Shown one piece after another: positions 10,376 through 21,166 of a DNA stretch of 64,000 nucleotides (positions within the stretch are counted from its first letter, which is position 1; each line of letters starts with the position of its first letter). The notes beneath the pieces were generated by a model. The model was not told the DNA's origin. It saw only the letters and a list, made by a program, of their open reading frames with translations, and did not search any database. Both the position numbers and the translations under genes were made by a program. Source of the stretch: Spirochaetia bacterium (lineage in GTDB: Bacteria; Spirochaetota; Spirochaetia; SZUA-6; Bin103); the NCBI GenBank assembly GCA_965208575.1, contig CBDBOV010000004.1:32001-96000 (forward strand), in the 5' to 3' direction.

Positions 10376-12415
10376 CTACTGCGCCGACTCCGGGATGAGA
10401 AACCAGGTGTCGGGCATGAACGGCATCAGCGGCGGCAGCGAGGCGAACACGCCCTTGTCCCGCTCCATGTTGGCGACCCGGTTGTTCAGAATCACCACGG
10501 TGGGCGGCATCGAAACCAGGCCGACGAAGTACTGGCCTTCGACGTTGCGGCGGATCAACTCGTTGCTCAGCTCCTGGTAGCGCTCGGTGCCGCGCTTCTC
10601 CAACCGCCACGCCTCCGCGACTTCCCAGATATCCTTGATGTCCTGAGGCGGCTCCATGCCCTCGGCGCCGTCGCTGTCGAGCCACTGCCGCCACGGTACC
10701 GACGACATGGCGCAGCAGCCTACCCAGTGCCAGGGCGGCACCAGGGTGATCGGCTCGGAGCGGCGCGCGCGGAACTCGGAGGTGGTGGCCGTTTCACCGA
10801 TCATCAGTTCCAGCTCGTTCGCCTGGGCGCGCTGGAAGCCGAGCTCTTCCGGGACGAACTTCGGCTCCATGCGAATCCCGACCCGCGCCCAGTGCTCCTT
10901 CACCAGGTCCATCAGGTCGCTCATCCAGCCGAACCACTCGGTGACCCACAGACCCTCGATCAGCAGCGGTTCACCGTCCGGGCGCAGCCGCCACTGCTCG
11001 TTGCTGTCCCACTCGAGGCCGATTTCGTCCAGCAGCGCGTTGGCGCGGTCCAGGTCGAACTCCGCGTAGTAGGTCGCGAACCAGTCCTCGAAACCGGTCC
11101 ACGAATTGGGCACCGGGGCGGTGTGCGGCCGGGTCAGCCCCAGGAACAACGTCTCCGACATGTCGTCCCGGTCTACCGCCAGCGACAGCGCCTGCCGGAA
11201 GCGGACGTCGTTGTACAGCTCGCGCAGCACGGGGTCCTTGTGGGTGTAGTTGAACACGAAGCCGGCGGCGAAGCCCTTGCGGTTGTTGTCGAACAGGCCC
11301 ACCGTGTAGCCGCCGGACTCCTCGTTGCGCTTGTAGATCGGATAGTCGGCGGTTTTCAGGCCCCACGTTGCCAGGTCCAGCTCGCCTGCCATCGCCCTGA
11401 TCGACACCAGGTCGGCGAGGTTCTCGACCTGCGCCGAGAACACGCCATCAATGTAGGGGAGCTGGTTGCCGGCGATGTCCACCTTCCAGAAGTAGGGGTT
11501 GCGCTCGTAGATCTTGGCATCCATGCGCACCGTCGCGGTGCGCCACGCCACCAGGACGGGGGTCTCCGGCTTGCGGGTCTTGGCGCTGCGGAAGCCATCG
11601 TACTCGGCCTGGATCGCCTCCCACCACTGGTCGTAGCCCTGGCTCTTGGCCAGGTCCTGGGCGCCGTCGTTGTGACGCGGATGCCACTGCTTCAGGTAGT
11701 GGGCGGGGGCGAACGGCCGCGACAGCGACCACTGGCTCAGGGCGCTGTGCGCCGGCACCGGGAAGGTGTAGCGAACCGTGAGCGGATCCACCACGTCCAT
11801 CTGCACCAGCGAACCGCCGATGCGGTACGCGCGCGGCGGCCGTTCGGTGACGTCGCTGTCCGCGATGATGTCTTGGTAATCGAAAACGAAGTCCTCCATG
11901 TCGAACGAGTCGCCGTCAGACCACTTCATGCCGCGGCGCAGGGTAAGCGTGAGGGTGGTGGCGTCGTCGGACAACTCCCATGCGCGAATGACGTTGGGGA
12001 CGATGTGCCGGGTATCGGGTCCGAACGTGGCGAGATACTGGGCAGCGCTCTCGATCGGGTTACCGATCTCGCCGGATACCGTCATCGCCTGAAAGGTGCC
12101 GCCGTACACGCCGATGGCGTCGCGCGGTCGGACCACCAGCACGTCCTGCGGCAGCCGCTCCTCGACCGGCGGCAGGTCGCCCTCGGCCACCCGCGCCGCG
12201 AGCAGCGGCGACTCGTTGAACTGGGCGATGGTGTTGCCGGTGGCCTGCTCGTACTCCGCCACCGACTGGTAGATGTGGTCGACGTACGGCTCGCCCTCCA
12301 CCGGCGTGCCGCCCTGCACTGCACCGCCCTCTTCCTCGCCGCTGGCGAACAGCGCAAGTGGTGCCGCGGCCAGCAGCATTGCCACAATGAGCGCCAAACT
12401 GAACCTGTCTTTCAT
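10376..12415 (-). CDS. ABC peptide/nickel-family (SBP_bac_5) substrate-binding protein
   Basis: Signal peptide, LPPVEERLP, KWSDG, RNPYFWKVD and FRQALSLAVDR. Confidence 0.92.
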   Translation of the reverse strand: MKDRFSLALIVAMLLAAAPLALFASGEEEGGAVQGGTPVEGEPYVDHIYQSVAEYEQATGNTIAQFNESPLLAARVAEGDLPPVEERLPQDVLVVRPRDAIGVYGGTFQAMTVSGEIGNPIESAAQYLATFGPDTRHIVPNVIRAWELSDDATTLTLTLRRGMKWSDGDSFDMEDFVFDYQDIIADSDVTERPPRAYRIGGSLVQMDVVDPLTVRYTFPVPAHSALSQWSLSRPFAPAHYLKQWHPRHNDGAQDLAKSQGYDQWWEAIQAEYDGFRSAKTRKPETPVLVAWRTATVRMDAKIYERNPYFWKVDIAGNQLPYIDGVFSAQVENLADLVSIRAMAGELDLATWGLKTADYPIYKRNEESGGYTVGLFDNNRKGFAAGFVFNYTHKDPVLRELYNDVRFRQALSLAVDRDDMSETLFLGLTRPHTAPVPNSWTGFEDWFATYYAEFDLDRANALLDEIGLEWDSNEQWRLRPDGEPLLIEGLWVTEWFGWMSDLMDLVKEHWARVGIRMEPKFVPEELGFQRAQANELELMIGETATTSEFRARRSEPITLVPPWHWVGCCAMSSVPWRQWLDSDGAEGMEPPQDIKDIWEVAEAWRLEKRGTERYQELSNELIRRNVEGQYFVGLVSMPPTVVILNNRVANMERDKGVFASLPPLMPFMPDTWFLIPESAQ

Positions 12416-12488
12416 GGATCCTCCTATGATCTGACTGATCTGTATTCCCGGCCACTCTACAGGGGAGCCGGACACACTTGCAAAGGAG

Positions 12489-13670
12489 TTACTGCTTGTA
12501 GGGGTCGGCGGCGTCGCGCAGGCCGTCGCCGAGGAAGTTGAACGCCATCACCGTCACCACCACGAACAGCGCGGGGATCATCAACCAGGGGAAGATCACC
12601 ACGCTACGGATATTCTGCGCCTTCTGCAGCAGCACGCCCCAGCTCACCACCGGTGAGCGCAACCCCAGCCCCAGGAAGCTGAGCGCCGTTTCCGAGAGGA
12701 TCATTTCCGGCACTGCCAGCGTCAGGTTGACGATCAGGTAGCTGGCGAAGTTGGGCAGCAGGTGACGCCAGATGATCCTCGACTCGCGCATGCCGGCCAC
12801 GCGCGCGGCCGTGGTGAAGTCGAGCTCGCGCAACTCCAGCAGCTTGCCGCGTACCACCCGCGCCAGGCCGCCCCAGCGGACCAGGGAGAGAATGATGACG
12901 ATGCCGAAGTACACGCGCAGCACCGGCCAGTCCTGCGGCATCGCCGCCCCCAACGCCATCCACAGCGGGATGGTGGGAATGGAGATCAGGAACTCGATGA
13001 GCCGCTGAATGGCGGTGTCCACCGCGCCCCCGAAGTAGCCGGAGATGCCGCCGAGCACGATGCCGATCAGGAAGGTGATGGTTACGCCTACCAACCCGAT
13101 CGACAGGGACACCCGCGCCGCGTGCACGGTGCGTGAGAACAGGTCGCGGCCGATGCTCTCGGTCCCGAACAGCCACACGGCGCCGGGCGCCTCGGCGCCG
13201 AACAGGTGGATGTCGCTGGCAATCACGCCGAGCAGGCGGTACGGCTCGCCGCGCGCGAACAGCCGCACCGGGTAGCGCGCGCTCCTGTCCTCGGTGTAGA
13301 TCATCTCCAACGTCTCGGGATCGCGTTGCTTCGACACCCCGTACACGAAAGGCTGCAGACCGAAGCGCCCATCCTCGTCCACGAAGTGCAGCCGTGACGG
13401 CGGATGGTGCGGCCACTCCTGAAACCGCAGACCGGCGGGGTAGGGCGCCACGAACTCGGCGAAGATGGCGACGAAGTAGAACGCCGCGAGCACGCAGCCG
13501 CCGGTGATCGCCAGCCGATGGCGCCGGAACTTGCGCCAGATCAACTGCCACTGGGAGGCGACGTAATAGGCCTCCATCTCCCTGGTTTCGGCGCTCCCCG
13601 GCGCCTCCTCCACGACGGCGCCGGCACCTGCGCCGCCGGCGTGCGCCGACCGCCACGGCAGCCGGATCAT
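12489..13670 (-). CDS. ABC peptide permease (OppC/DppC-like)
   Basis: GTESIGRDLFSR, EAA loop and NFLGDGLRDAADPY. Confidence 0.92.
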   Translation of the reverse strand: MIRLPWRSAHAGGAGAGAVVEEAPGSAETREMEAYYVASQWQLIWRKFRRHRLAITGGCVLAAFYFVAIFAEFVAPYPAGLRFQEWPHHPPSRLHFVDEDGRFGLQPFVYGVSKQRDPETLEMIYTEDRSARYPVRLFARGEPYRLLGVIASDIHLFGAEAPGAVWLFGTESIGRDLFSRTVHAARVSLSIGLVGVTITFLIGIVLGGISGYFGGAVDTAIQRLIEFLISIPTIPLWMALGAAMPQDWPVLRVYFGIVIILSLVRWGGLARVVRGKLLELRELDFTTAARVAGMRESRIIWRHLLPNFASYLIVNLTLAVPEMILSETALSFLGLGLRSPVVSWGVLLQKAQNIRSVVIFPWLMIPALFVVVTVMAFNFLGDGLRDAADPYKQ

Positions 13671-14659
13671 CGACTCGCCCTCGAGTACCGGATGCGCGGG
13701 TCCACCACCACCAGCAGCACGTCCGATACGAACGTGCCGACGAGGGTGAGGAAGTTGAGGAACAACAGCAGGCTCGAAGCCAGGAACATGTCCTGGAACT
13801 GCAGCGCACGGAACAGCAGCGGTCCCGTGGTGGGGAGTCCGAGCACCATGGCGGTGATCGTGGAGCCCGACACTATGGTCGGCAGCAGCCAGCCGATGGT
13901 GCTGACCAGCGGATTGATCGCCACCCGCACCGGGTACTTGAACAGCAGCCGGGTCTCCTGCACGCCCTTGGCGCGGCCGGTGATCACGTACTGCTTGGCC
14001 AGTTCGTCCAGCAGCGTGGCGCGCATCACCCGTATCAGCTCCGCGGTGCCGGCGGTCCCCACGATGATGATCGGCAGCGGCAGGTGCTTGAGCAGGTCCC
14101 AGACCCTGGCCACGCTCCAGGCCGCCTGGTTGAACTCGGGCGAGAACAGGCCGCCGACGCTGATGCCGAGACTGAAAAACGCCAGCATCAGAATCAGAGC
14201 CAGCAGGAAGTTCGGTGTGGCCAGGCCGATGAACCCGACCGACATGAAGAAGTAGTCGCCGACCGAGTATTGCCTGGTGGCCGAGTAGATCCCGATCGGG
14301 ATCGCCGTCACGTAGGTGAAGGTGAGGGTGAAGATCGAGATCGCGACGGTCAGCGCCAGTCGTTCGCCGATGATCTCCACCACCGGGCGGCTGAATTGAA
14401 AAGAGTAGCCGAAGTCCCCCTGCAGCGCGTTGCGGAGCCACTTGAGATACTGGGCGTGCAGCGGCTGGTCGAGCCCGTACCTGCGCCGCAGGTTGTGCAG
14501 CAACTCCTCGTTCACCTCTTCGCCGCGCTGCGCGAGCTGGGCCGCCAGGGTGGTCACGTAGTCGCCGGCCGGCAGTTGGATGATGAAGAACACGACCATG
14601 GTGAGGATCCAGAGCATGATCAACATGTAGAAGGCGCGGCGTGCGAGATAGTTGAGCAT
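13667..14659 (-). CDS. ABC peptide permease (OppB/DppB-like)
   Basis: GDFGYSF, YVITGRAKG and DPRIR. Confidence 0.92.
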   Translation of the reverse strand: MLNYLARRAFYMLIMLWILTMVVFFIIQLPAGDYVTTLAAQLAQRGEEVNEELLHNLRRRYGLDQPLHAQYLKWLRNALQGDFGYSFQFSRPVVEIIGERLALTVAISIFTLTFTYVTAIPIGIYSATRQYSVGDYFFMSVGFIGLATPNFLLALILMLAFFSLGISVGGLFSPEFNQAAWSVARVWDLLKHLPLPIIIVGTAGTAELIRVMRATLLDELAKQYVITGRAKGVQETRLLFKYPVRVAINPLVSTIGWLLPTIVSGSTITAMVLGLPTTGPLLFRALQFQDMFLASSLLLFLNFLTLVGTFVSDVLLVVVDPRIRYSRASR

Positions 14660-14886
14660 GGCGACCGGCGCTGATTCTCACCCGCACGGCGGGCCTGTGC
14701 AACCCGCCACCGACCGATCCGCCGAGTCGGAGCCGGCGTCAACCGCTCGGACCGCGGGCTTCCGCCGGCCTTGCCGGCCTTGCGCCGCCGCTTGCCGCGC
14801 ACCCGGCATCGCGATAGGCTGCGCAGCGGAATCCCGGTCCGGAGCGCCATGCCCGAGTTGCCCGGCCCGAGGTTTCATCGTCGTCC

Positions 14887-16089
14887 ATGCCACCGAGTGA
14901 ACGCGTGCTGCCGCTATCGAACTACACCGTGCTCGATCTCACCATCGCCCGCGCCGGGCCCACGGCCGTGCGGCTGCTCGCGGACTGGGGCGCCAACGTC
15001 ATCAAGATCGAGCCGCCGCCGGGACGCGGCCGCACGCCGGCCAAGGTCACCGGTGCGCGGCACGAACCCGACGAGCAGAACATGCATCGCAACAAGCGCG
15101 GCCTGACCATCGACCTGAAGAATCGGGACGGCAACCGGTTGTTCATGGAGCTGGTGAAGAAGGCGGACGTAGTGGCCGAGAACTTTCGCGCCGACGTCAA
15201 GCATCGCCTCGGCGTCGATTACGAATCGGTGCGCGAGGTGAACCCGAAGATCATCTACGCGAGCATCTCGGGATTCGGGCAGGCCGGTCCGTACCGCGAT
15301 CGTCCCGGCGTGGACCAGATCGTCCAGGGCACCTGCGGGCTGATGTCGGTGACCGGCCATCCGGGCCACGGGCCGGTGCGCGCCGGCATCGCGATCAGCG
15401 ACACCTCGGCCGGCATGTTTCTCGGCCAGGGCATTCTGCTTGCCCTGCTGCACCGCGAGCGGACCGGCGAAGGCCAGTGGGTGCACACCTCCCTGCTGGA
15501 GGCGATGCTGTGCAAGATCGACTTTCAGGGCGCCCGCTACACGATGACGGGCGACGTGCCGAAGCAGCAGGGCAACAATCATCCCGTGTACGTGCCGATG
15601 GGCACGTTCGAGTCGAAGGATGGACTGGTCAACCTCGCGGCGAACTCGCCGAAGATGTTCGCGAATCTGTGCAGGGCGACGGGCGCGGACCGCCTGCTCG
15701 ACATTCCCGCGTTTGCCGACGACCGGGGGCGCCGCAAGCACCGGGCGGCGCTCAACGAAGAGGTGAACCAGGTGACGCGCAAGTTCACGACGGCGGAACT
15801 GGTGGCGAAGCTGAACGCGGTCGGCGTTCCCTGCGGGCCGATCTACGACATCGGCGAGGCGTTCGAGGATCCGCAGGCCAGGCACCTGCGCATGACCCGG
15901 GTCGCGCACCACAAGGAGCTCGGCGACGTGGAGTTGATCCGCTCGCCGATCAACCTGTCGCTGTTCCCGCACGGCGGCGAGTTCCATCACGCGGCGCCCG
16001 ACCCGGGCGAGAACCGGACGGAGGTGCTGCGCGATTTCGGCTACGATGACAGTGAGATCGACCGGCTGATTGCGGCGGGAGCCGTTTGA
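14887..16089 (+). CDS. CaiB/BaiF family III CoA-transferase
   Basis: LADWGANVIKIEP, RNKR, ENFR and SGFGQ.GPY. Confidence 0.92.
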   Translation: MPPSERVLPLSNYTVLDLTIARAGPTAVRLLADWGANVIKIEPPPGRGRTPAKVTGARHEPDEQNMHRNKRGLTIDLKNRDGNRLFMELVKKADVVAENFRADVKHRLGVDYESVREVNPKIIYASISGFGQAGPYRDRPGVDQIVQGTCGLMSVTGHPGHGPVRAGIAISDTSAGMFLGQGILLALLHRERTGEGQWVHTSLLEAMLCKIDFQGARYTMTGDVPKQQGNNHPVYVPMGTFESKDGLVNLAANSPKMFANLCRATGADRLLDIPAFADDRGRRKHRAALNEEVNQVTRKFTTAELVAKLNAVGVPCGPIYDIGEAFEDPQARHLRMTRVAHHKELGDVELIRSPINLSLFPHGGEFHHAAPDPGENRTEVLRDFGYDDSEIDRLIAAGAV

Positions 16090-16114
16090 GGTCGTTTAGG
16101 AAGGGAGACGTCCG

Positions 16115-16909
16115 ATGCAACTCAACACCGACAAGATGCTCGCCGAGGTGGACGGCGGCATCGGCTGGCTCACCTACAACAATCCCGCGCGCCACAACGC
16201 CGTCTCGCTGGAGATGTGGGAGGCGCAGGCCGCCGTGCTCGAATGCTTTCAGAACGACGACGACGTGCGTGTCGTGGTCCTGCGCGGGGCGGGCGGGAAG
16301 GCGTTCGTGTCGGGCGCCGACATCTCGGAGTTCGAATCCAAGCGCGCCACCGCCGAGCAGCGCGAGCACTACGCGAACGTATCGGGCGCGGCGGGTCGCT
16401 GGCTCGGCAAGCTCGACAAACCGTTGATCGCGATGATCCAGGGCTACTGCATCGGCGGCGGCCTGGCCACCGCGCTTTCCGCCGACGTGCGCATCGCCAC
16501 GCCCGGATCGAAGTTCGGCATCCCCGCCGCCAAGCTCGGGCTCGGCTACGAGTACGGCGGTGTCGCCGCCCTCGCGCGCCTGGTCGGACCGAGCGTGGCG
16601 CGCGACATCCTGTTCAGTGCGCGAATGCTCGACGCCGAAGAAGCGCTGCGCGTGGGCCTGGTCAATTTCATCGTCGACGACGACGCACTCGAAACGCGCG
16701 TGCGCGAGTACGCCGGCCTGGTCTCGGCCAACGCGCCGTTGACCGTCCGCCTGTGCAAGGCCGCCATCAACGAGTTCGAACGCAATCCCGGCGAGCGCGA
16801 CCTCGCCAGGCTCGAAGCGATGGTCACCGCCTGCTTCGACAGCGAAGACTACAAGGAAGGCCGCCGCGCCTTCATGGAAAAACGCCGCCCCAACTTCCGC
16901 GGCCTGTAA
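16115..16909 (+). CDS. Enoyl-CoA hydratase/crotonase
   Basis: FVSGADISEF, GYCIGGG and DYKEGRRAFMEKR. Confidence 0.92.
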   Translation: MQLNTDKMLAEVDGGIGWLTYNNPARHNAVSLEMWEAQAAVLECFQNDDDVRVVVLRGAGGKAFVSGADISEFESKRATAEQREHYANVSGAAGRWLGKLDKPLIAMIQGYCIGGGLATALSADVRIATPGSKFGIPAAKLGLGYEYGGVAALARLVGPSVARDILFSARMLDAEEALRVGLVNFIVDDDALETRVREYAGLVSANAPLTVRLCKAAINEFERNPGERDLARLEAMVTACFDSEDYKEGRRAFMEKRRPNFRGL

Positions 16910-16970
16910 TCCGCCCACCGGCGCGAATTAGCTATCGCAATGTGACGAAAAATGCTACTTTGAAGGCGTC

Positions 16971-17771
16971 ATGTATGCGCCCACGGCTCCACGCGCCCGT
17001 GACTTTATCGCGGATCTGTCCGCTCGCGGCCGGTATCACTTTAGGTCGGCCGAGCTTCGTGCGGCCCTCGGCGTTTCGGCCGCGGCGGCACGACAGGCGC
17101 TGAGTCGCCTGGCCGCCAAGGGCGCGATCGCAAGCCCCGCGCGCGGGTTCTATGTCATCGTACCGCCGGAGTACCGCAGGATCGGTTGCCTGCCGGCGGA
17201 GCAGTTTGTCCCCGCGCTCATGGAGTTCCGAAGGGTGCGCTACTACGCTGCCCTGCTGTCCGCCGCACAATACCACGGCGCCGCGCATCATCGCCCGCAG
17301 GCGTTCCAGGTCATGCTCGGCCGGAACAGGCCCGCGATTTCCTGCGGCGCCGTCCGGGTATCGTTCGTCGCCCGTCGAAACGTGTGCGACGTCCCGGTTC
17401 GGACCTTCAATACGCCGCGCGGAACCGTACTGGTCTCCACTGTCGAGGCTACCGCGTTCGACCTCGTCGGATACATGCATCGCGCCGGCGGCGTGGATCG
17501 CGTGGCGGCGCTCCTCTCCGAACTCGACGAGGAGATGGACCCGGCTCGCCTCGTCGAGGCCGCGAAATCGGCGTCGACCCCGTGGGCGCAGCGACTGGGC
17601 TACCTGCTGGAACGGGTGGGAGCGGGGGACAAGGCCGAACTTCTCAAGGAGCACGTGCGAAATCAGGTGTGCAACTTCGCGAAACTCCTGCCGGCCGCGT
17701 CTGCCGACAACGTGCCGCGAAGCCGCGACTGGCGCTTGTACGTGAACGCCAACATCGAGACCGAACCGTGA
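16971..17771 (+). CDS. abiEi: Type IV TA AbiEi-family antitoxin
   Basis: N-terminal wHTH, RGFYVIVPPEY, LLSAAQYHGAAH and QRLGYLL. Overlaps the toxin gene (GTGA). Confidence 0.88.
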   Translation: MYAPTAPRARDFIADLSARGRYHFRSAELRAALGVSAAAARQALSRLAAKGAIASPARGFYVIVPPEYRRIGCLPAEQFVPALMEFRRVRYYAALLSAAQYHGAAHHRPQAFQVMLGRNRPAISCGAVRVSFVARRNVCDVPVRTFNTPRGTVLVSTVEATAFDLVGYMHRAGGVDRVAALLSELDEEMDPARLVEAAKSASTPWAQRLGYLLERVGAGDKAELLKEHVRNQVCNFAKLLPAASADNVPRSRDWRLYVNANIETEP

Positions 17772-18589
17772 TCCCGCGCGACTACATCACCGCGTGGCGA
17801 GCACGGGCACCGTGGATAGAAGATTTCCAGATCGAGCAGGATCTCGTCATCAGCCGTGCGATGGTCGAGATATTCTCCGAACCCTCGCTCGCCGAGGCAC
17901 TGGCCTTCCGGGGCGGCACGGCGCTCTACAAGCTCTACCTGACGCCACCGCCTCGCTACTCGGAGGACATCGATCTCGTGCAGGTCGCAGCGGGACCCGC
18001 CGGTCCCATGATGGACGCCGTGCGAAGCGTGCTCGATCCGTGGCTTGGCGGGGCGCGTTGGAAGCAGTCGAAAGGCCGGGTGACGTTCGATTACCGTTAC
18101 CTGTCCGAGCACGTGCCACCGATGCGGCTGCGTCTCAAGGTCGAGATCAATACCCGCGACCACTTGGCACTCTACGGCTATACGGGTCGTCCCTTCTCGG
18201 TGGAGTCGAGCTGGTACTCCGGGTCCGCGACCATCAACACCTTCGAACTCGACGAGTTGCTGGCGACGAAGCTCAGGGCGCTCTACCAACGAACGCAGGG
18301 CAGAGATCTGTTCGACTTGGCTACCGGACTCGGTGACGACCGGAGCGAGCCCAGGCGAATCGTGACCGCCTTCGGAGAATACATGAACCGCGCCGGCAGT
18401 TCGGTGACGCGCGCCATGTTCGAAAGGAACCTCGCGGCGAAGCTGAGGGATCCCCGGTTCAGCGCCGATCTGAGTGCACTCCTCACGCCGGGCTACCAGT
18501 GGCAGCCGGCGGAAGCGGCGCGAACTGTCTCCGAGCGCCTGATCCGGCTCCTTCCAGGCGATCGGTGGAAAGGTGGAGTGGTGGAGTGA
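17768..18589 (+). CDS. abiEii: AbiEii nucleotidyltransferase toxin
   Basis: FRGGTAL, RYSEDIDL and KLRALYQR...RDLFDL. Confidence 0.9.
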   Translation: MIPRDYITAWRARAPWIEDFQIEQDLVISRAMVEIFSEPSLAEALAFRGGTALYKLYLTPPPRYSEDIDLVQVAAGPAGPMMDAVRSVLDPWLGGARWKQSKGRVTFDYRYLSEHVPPMRLRLKVEINTRDHLALYGYTGRPFSVESSWYSGSATINTFELDELLATKLRALYQRTQGRDLFDLATGLGDDRSEPRRIVTAFGEYMNRAGSSVTRAMFERNLAAKLRDPRFSADLSALLTPGYQWQPAEAARTVSERLIRLLPGDRWKGGVVE

Positions 18590-18733
18590 TCGAACAGAGC
18601 CCTCAAAAAGCAGGCGAACCGGATCCGTACGCTACGCAGTGCAACTCAGGCGAGAATCAGGACTGCCACCCGACGGTGGCCACCACGTCTTGAAAATAAG
18701 GGTTCACACCGGGTATCACAGCCGGTGTGCGCC

Positions 18734-18934
18734 ATGCGCGAACCGAGTTCTCTCACCATCCAGCATCAAGGTCCGGCTGCCATCCAGGAACCGCGCCCCC
18801 TTACCACCGACGAGATCCGCTTCTTTCGCTACACCGGCTTCCCAAAGCTGCCGTGGCGCCTGCCCGCCGAGTTGGTCGCGGCGATCAAGAAGCAGGCGGC
18901 TGACGAGATCGAGCGGGGGCGCGGCGCACTGTGA
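18734..18934 (+). pseudogene. N-terminal fragment of a PhyH-type dioxygenase
   Basis: LTTDEIRFFRYTGFPKL resembles a PhyH N-terminus. The ORF ends after ~66 aa with no HxD motif. Confidence 0.5.
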
Positions 18935-20019
18935 GCAACACGCACCCGCCGTTGCGGCGCGATGACGGCGACAAGCCGCGCATCCTGTTCGCGCCGGCCC
19001 GCGAGCACACCCAGAAGGTGTTCGCCCCGGAGGTGATGGCGCGCCTGGAGGCACGCTTCGACGTGGACCGCAACCACCGCGACACCGACCTCTCCGAGTC
19101 CGAGTTGCGGGAGCGCATCGCCGGCTGCGACGGCCTCGTGACCGGTTGGGGCGCGAGCGACCCGCGGGTGTTGCGGCCGCGCGGCGCCATGGCGCTGACG
19201 CCGGCGATCATGGAGGCGGCGGAGCGGCTCCGGATCATCGCGCATGCGGCAGGGTCGGTGCGGCAGATGCTCGGCGAGGTGTGGCGGGATTACATCGCAG
19301 CGCGCGGCATCTGTGTGTTCACCGCCACCGTAGAGATCGGCTACAACGTGGCGGAAACGGCGGTCGGACTGATGATCATGAGCGCCAAGCGCCTCATGGA
19401 GTACGCCCTGCACGTGCGCGACACCGGCGGTTGGCGCAGCCCCGGCATCCCGGTGGATGAGCAGCACCTGTTCGGCGCCACCGTGGGCATCGTGGGCGCC
19501 AGCGACGTCGGCCGTCAGGTGATGCGCCTGCTGCGCCCGTTTGACGTGCACCTCCTGTTGTTCGATCCCTACGTCGACGCGCAGGAGGCGGGTGCGCTGC
19601 ACGCCGATAAGGTGGAGCTGGACGAGCTGTTCACCCGCGCCGACATCGTGTCGCTGCACGCGCCGAGCATCCCGGAGACCCGGCACATGGTGGGCGCGGC
19701 GCAGTTGCGGCGGCTGCGTGACGGCGCGCTGCTGGTCAACACCGCGCGCGGCAGCCTGATCGACCAGGAGGCCCTGATCCGGGAGGCGGGCAGCGGGCGC
19801 ATCCGGGTGGCCTTGGACGTGACCACCCCGGAGCCGCTGCCGGCCGACAGCCCGCTACGGGCGATGCCGGGCGTCATCATCACCCCGCACCTCGCCGGCC
19901 AGGGCCGCTACGGCCACACCCGCATCGGCCACGCCACCGCGCATGCACTGGAGGATTTCTTCGCCGGGCGGCCGGTGAAAGGAGCCATCACCCACGCCCG
20001 CTGGGAGCGCCTCGCATGA
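18931..20019 (+). CDS. D-isomer-specific 2-hydroxyacid dehydrogenase
   Basis: HAAGSV, GIVGASDVG, VNTARG, LDVTTPEP and TPHLAG. Confidence 0.9.
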   Translation: MSNTHPPLRRDDGDKPRILFAPAREHTQKVFAPEVMARLEARFDVDRNHRDTDLSESELRERIAGCDGLVTGWGASDPRVLRPRGAMALTPAIMEAAERLRIIAHAAGSVRQMLGEVWRDYIAARGICVFTATVEIGYNVAETAVGLMIMSAKRLMEYALHVRDTGGWRSPGIPVDEQHLFGATVGIVGASDVGRQVMRLLRPFDVHLLLFDPYVDAQEAGALHADKVELDELFTRADIVSLHAPSIPETRHMVGAAQLRRLRDGALLVNTARGSLIDQEALIREAGSGRIRVALDVTTPEPLPADSPLRAMPGVIITPHLAGQGRYGHTRIGHATAHALEDFFAGRPVKGAITHARWERLA

Positions 20020-20163
20020 CCCGTGCAGTCCGCTTCGCGACTTCGGACCCCGCTGCAAGCGCGCCGGATGGCGACTCGCGACGCGGAGTGGGCACAACCG
20101 GCGACGCCGCCGGTGCGTTCGCTCCATTGCAGCGCTCCCGGCGGTCACCGACCGCTTCGACCC

Positions 20164-21036
20164 GTGGGGCTGACTGACCAGATCGTCGCCGCCACCGGGC
20201 TGGCGCTCGAGCGGTTCCCGCACCTGCTGTTCGGGTTCCTGTTCGGCTCGGCGGCGGCCGGTAGGCTGCGCAGCGACTCCGACCTGGACGTGGCAGTGTA
20301 CCAGGCGTCCGGCGGCTACCTGGAGATCGAGGCGGCACGCGAACTCGAACGGGAAGCTGACGTCCAGGTCGCGCTCGAACGTGCGACCGTGCGCAACGTC
20401 GACCTGCTGCTCCTGAATTGCGCGCCGGCCTCCGTGTGCGCCGCGGCGCTGCTCTCCGGACGGCCGCTCCTGGTGCGCGACCGGGCGTTCTACACCCGCT
20501 ACTTTCTCGCCGTCACCGCGGTGGCGAGCGACTTCCTGGAGACCGAGCGCGAATACCGCGCCATCCGCAACCGCAGCCGCTCGCTGTCGGCAATCGACCG
20601 CAGCCGGCTGGAACGCATCCTTGACTTCATCGGCACCGGACTGCAGGACCGCGATCGGTTTCGCAACGTCACCCTGGACCGCTACCAGGGCGACCGCGAC
20701 CTGCGGCGCAATCTCGACCGCTGGGTGGAGATGCTGATCAACGCCGCCATCGACACCGGCAAGATAGTGCTCGCCTCGGAACGGCGAGACGTCCCCTACA
20801 CCTACGGCCAGATCCCCGCCGAACTGGAAGCCGTGGAACGGTTCTCGGATCTGGCCGGCCGCCTCCGCCCGTTGGCGGCGCTGCGCAACGTGTTCGCCCA
20901 CGAGTACCTGGAACTGAGCTTCGGGCGCGTGCAACGCTTCGTCGCTTCCGGAGCGGACGCGGTCGATCAGCTCGCCCGCCTCGCCCGCCTGTGGCTGCGT
21001 GACCTGGACCGGCCCGATACTGACGACTCCGACTGA
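20164..21036 (+). CDS. Fused MNT nucleotidyltransferase + HEPN (DUF86/HepT) protein
   Basis: GSX10DXD (GSAAAGRLRSDSDLD) and RX4HXY (RNVFAHEY) lie in one uninterrupted frame. Start codon uncertain (GTG 20164). Confidence 0.8.
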   Translation: MGLTDQIVAATGLALERFPHLLFGFLFGSAAAGRLRSDSDLDVAVYQASGGYLEIEAARELEREADVQVALERATVRNVDLLLLNCAPASVCAAALLSGRPLLVRDRAFYTRYFLAVTAVASDFLETEREYRAIRNRSRSLSAIDRSRLERILDFIGTGLQDRDRFRNVTLDRYQGDRDLRRNLDRWVEMLINAAIDTGKIVLASERRDVPYTYGQIPAELEAVERFSDLAGRLRPLAALRNVFAHEYLELSFGRVQRFVASGADAVDQLARLARLWLRDLDRPDTDDSD

Positions 21037-21166
21037 TCCGCGTGAGTGCGCCTCGGTAGGCGACGGCGAAAGATGATCGGGGCCATAATGAAGGCCGCCG
21101 GTTGTCGCGCGGAGGTCGCCGCCTATCCGGGCATCAGGCGGGTTACCCGTCTACAACTAGAGCGGT

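Noticed and set aside
12489-14702. 737-aa fused permease ORF
   Set aside because: The N-terminal half is an off-frame reading of oppB. oppC starts at 13670.
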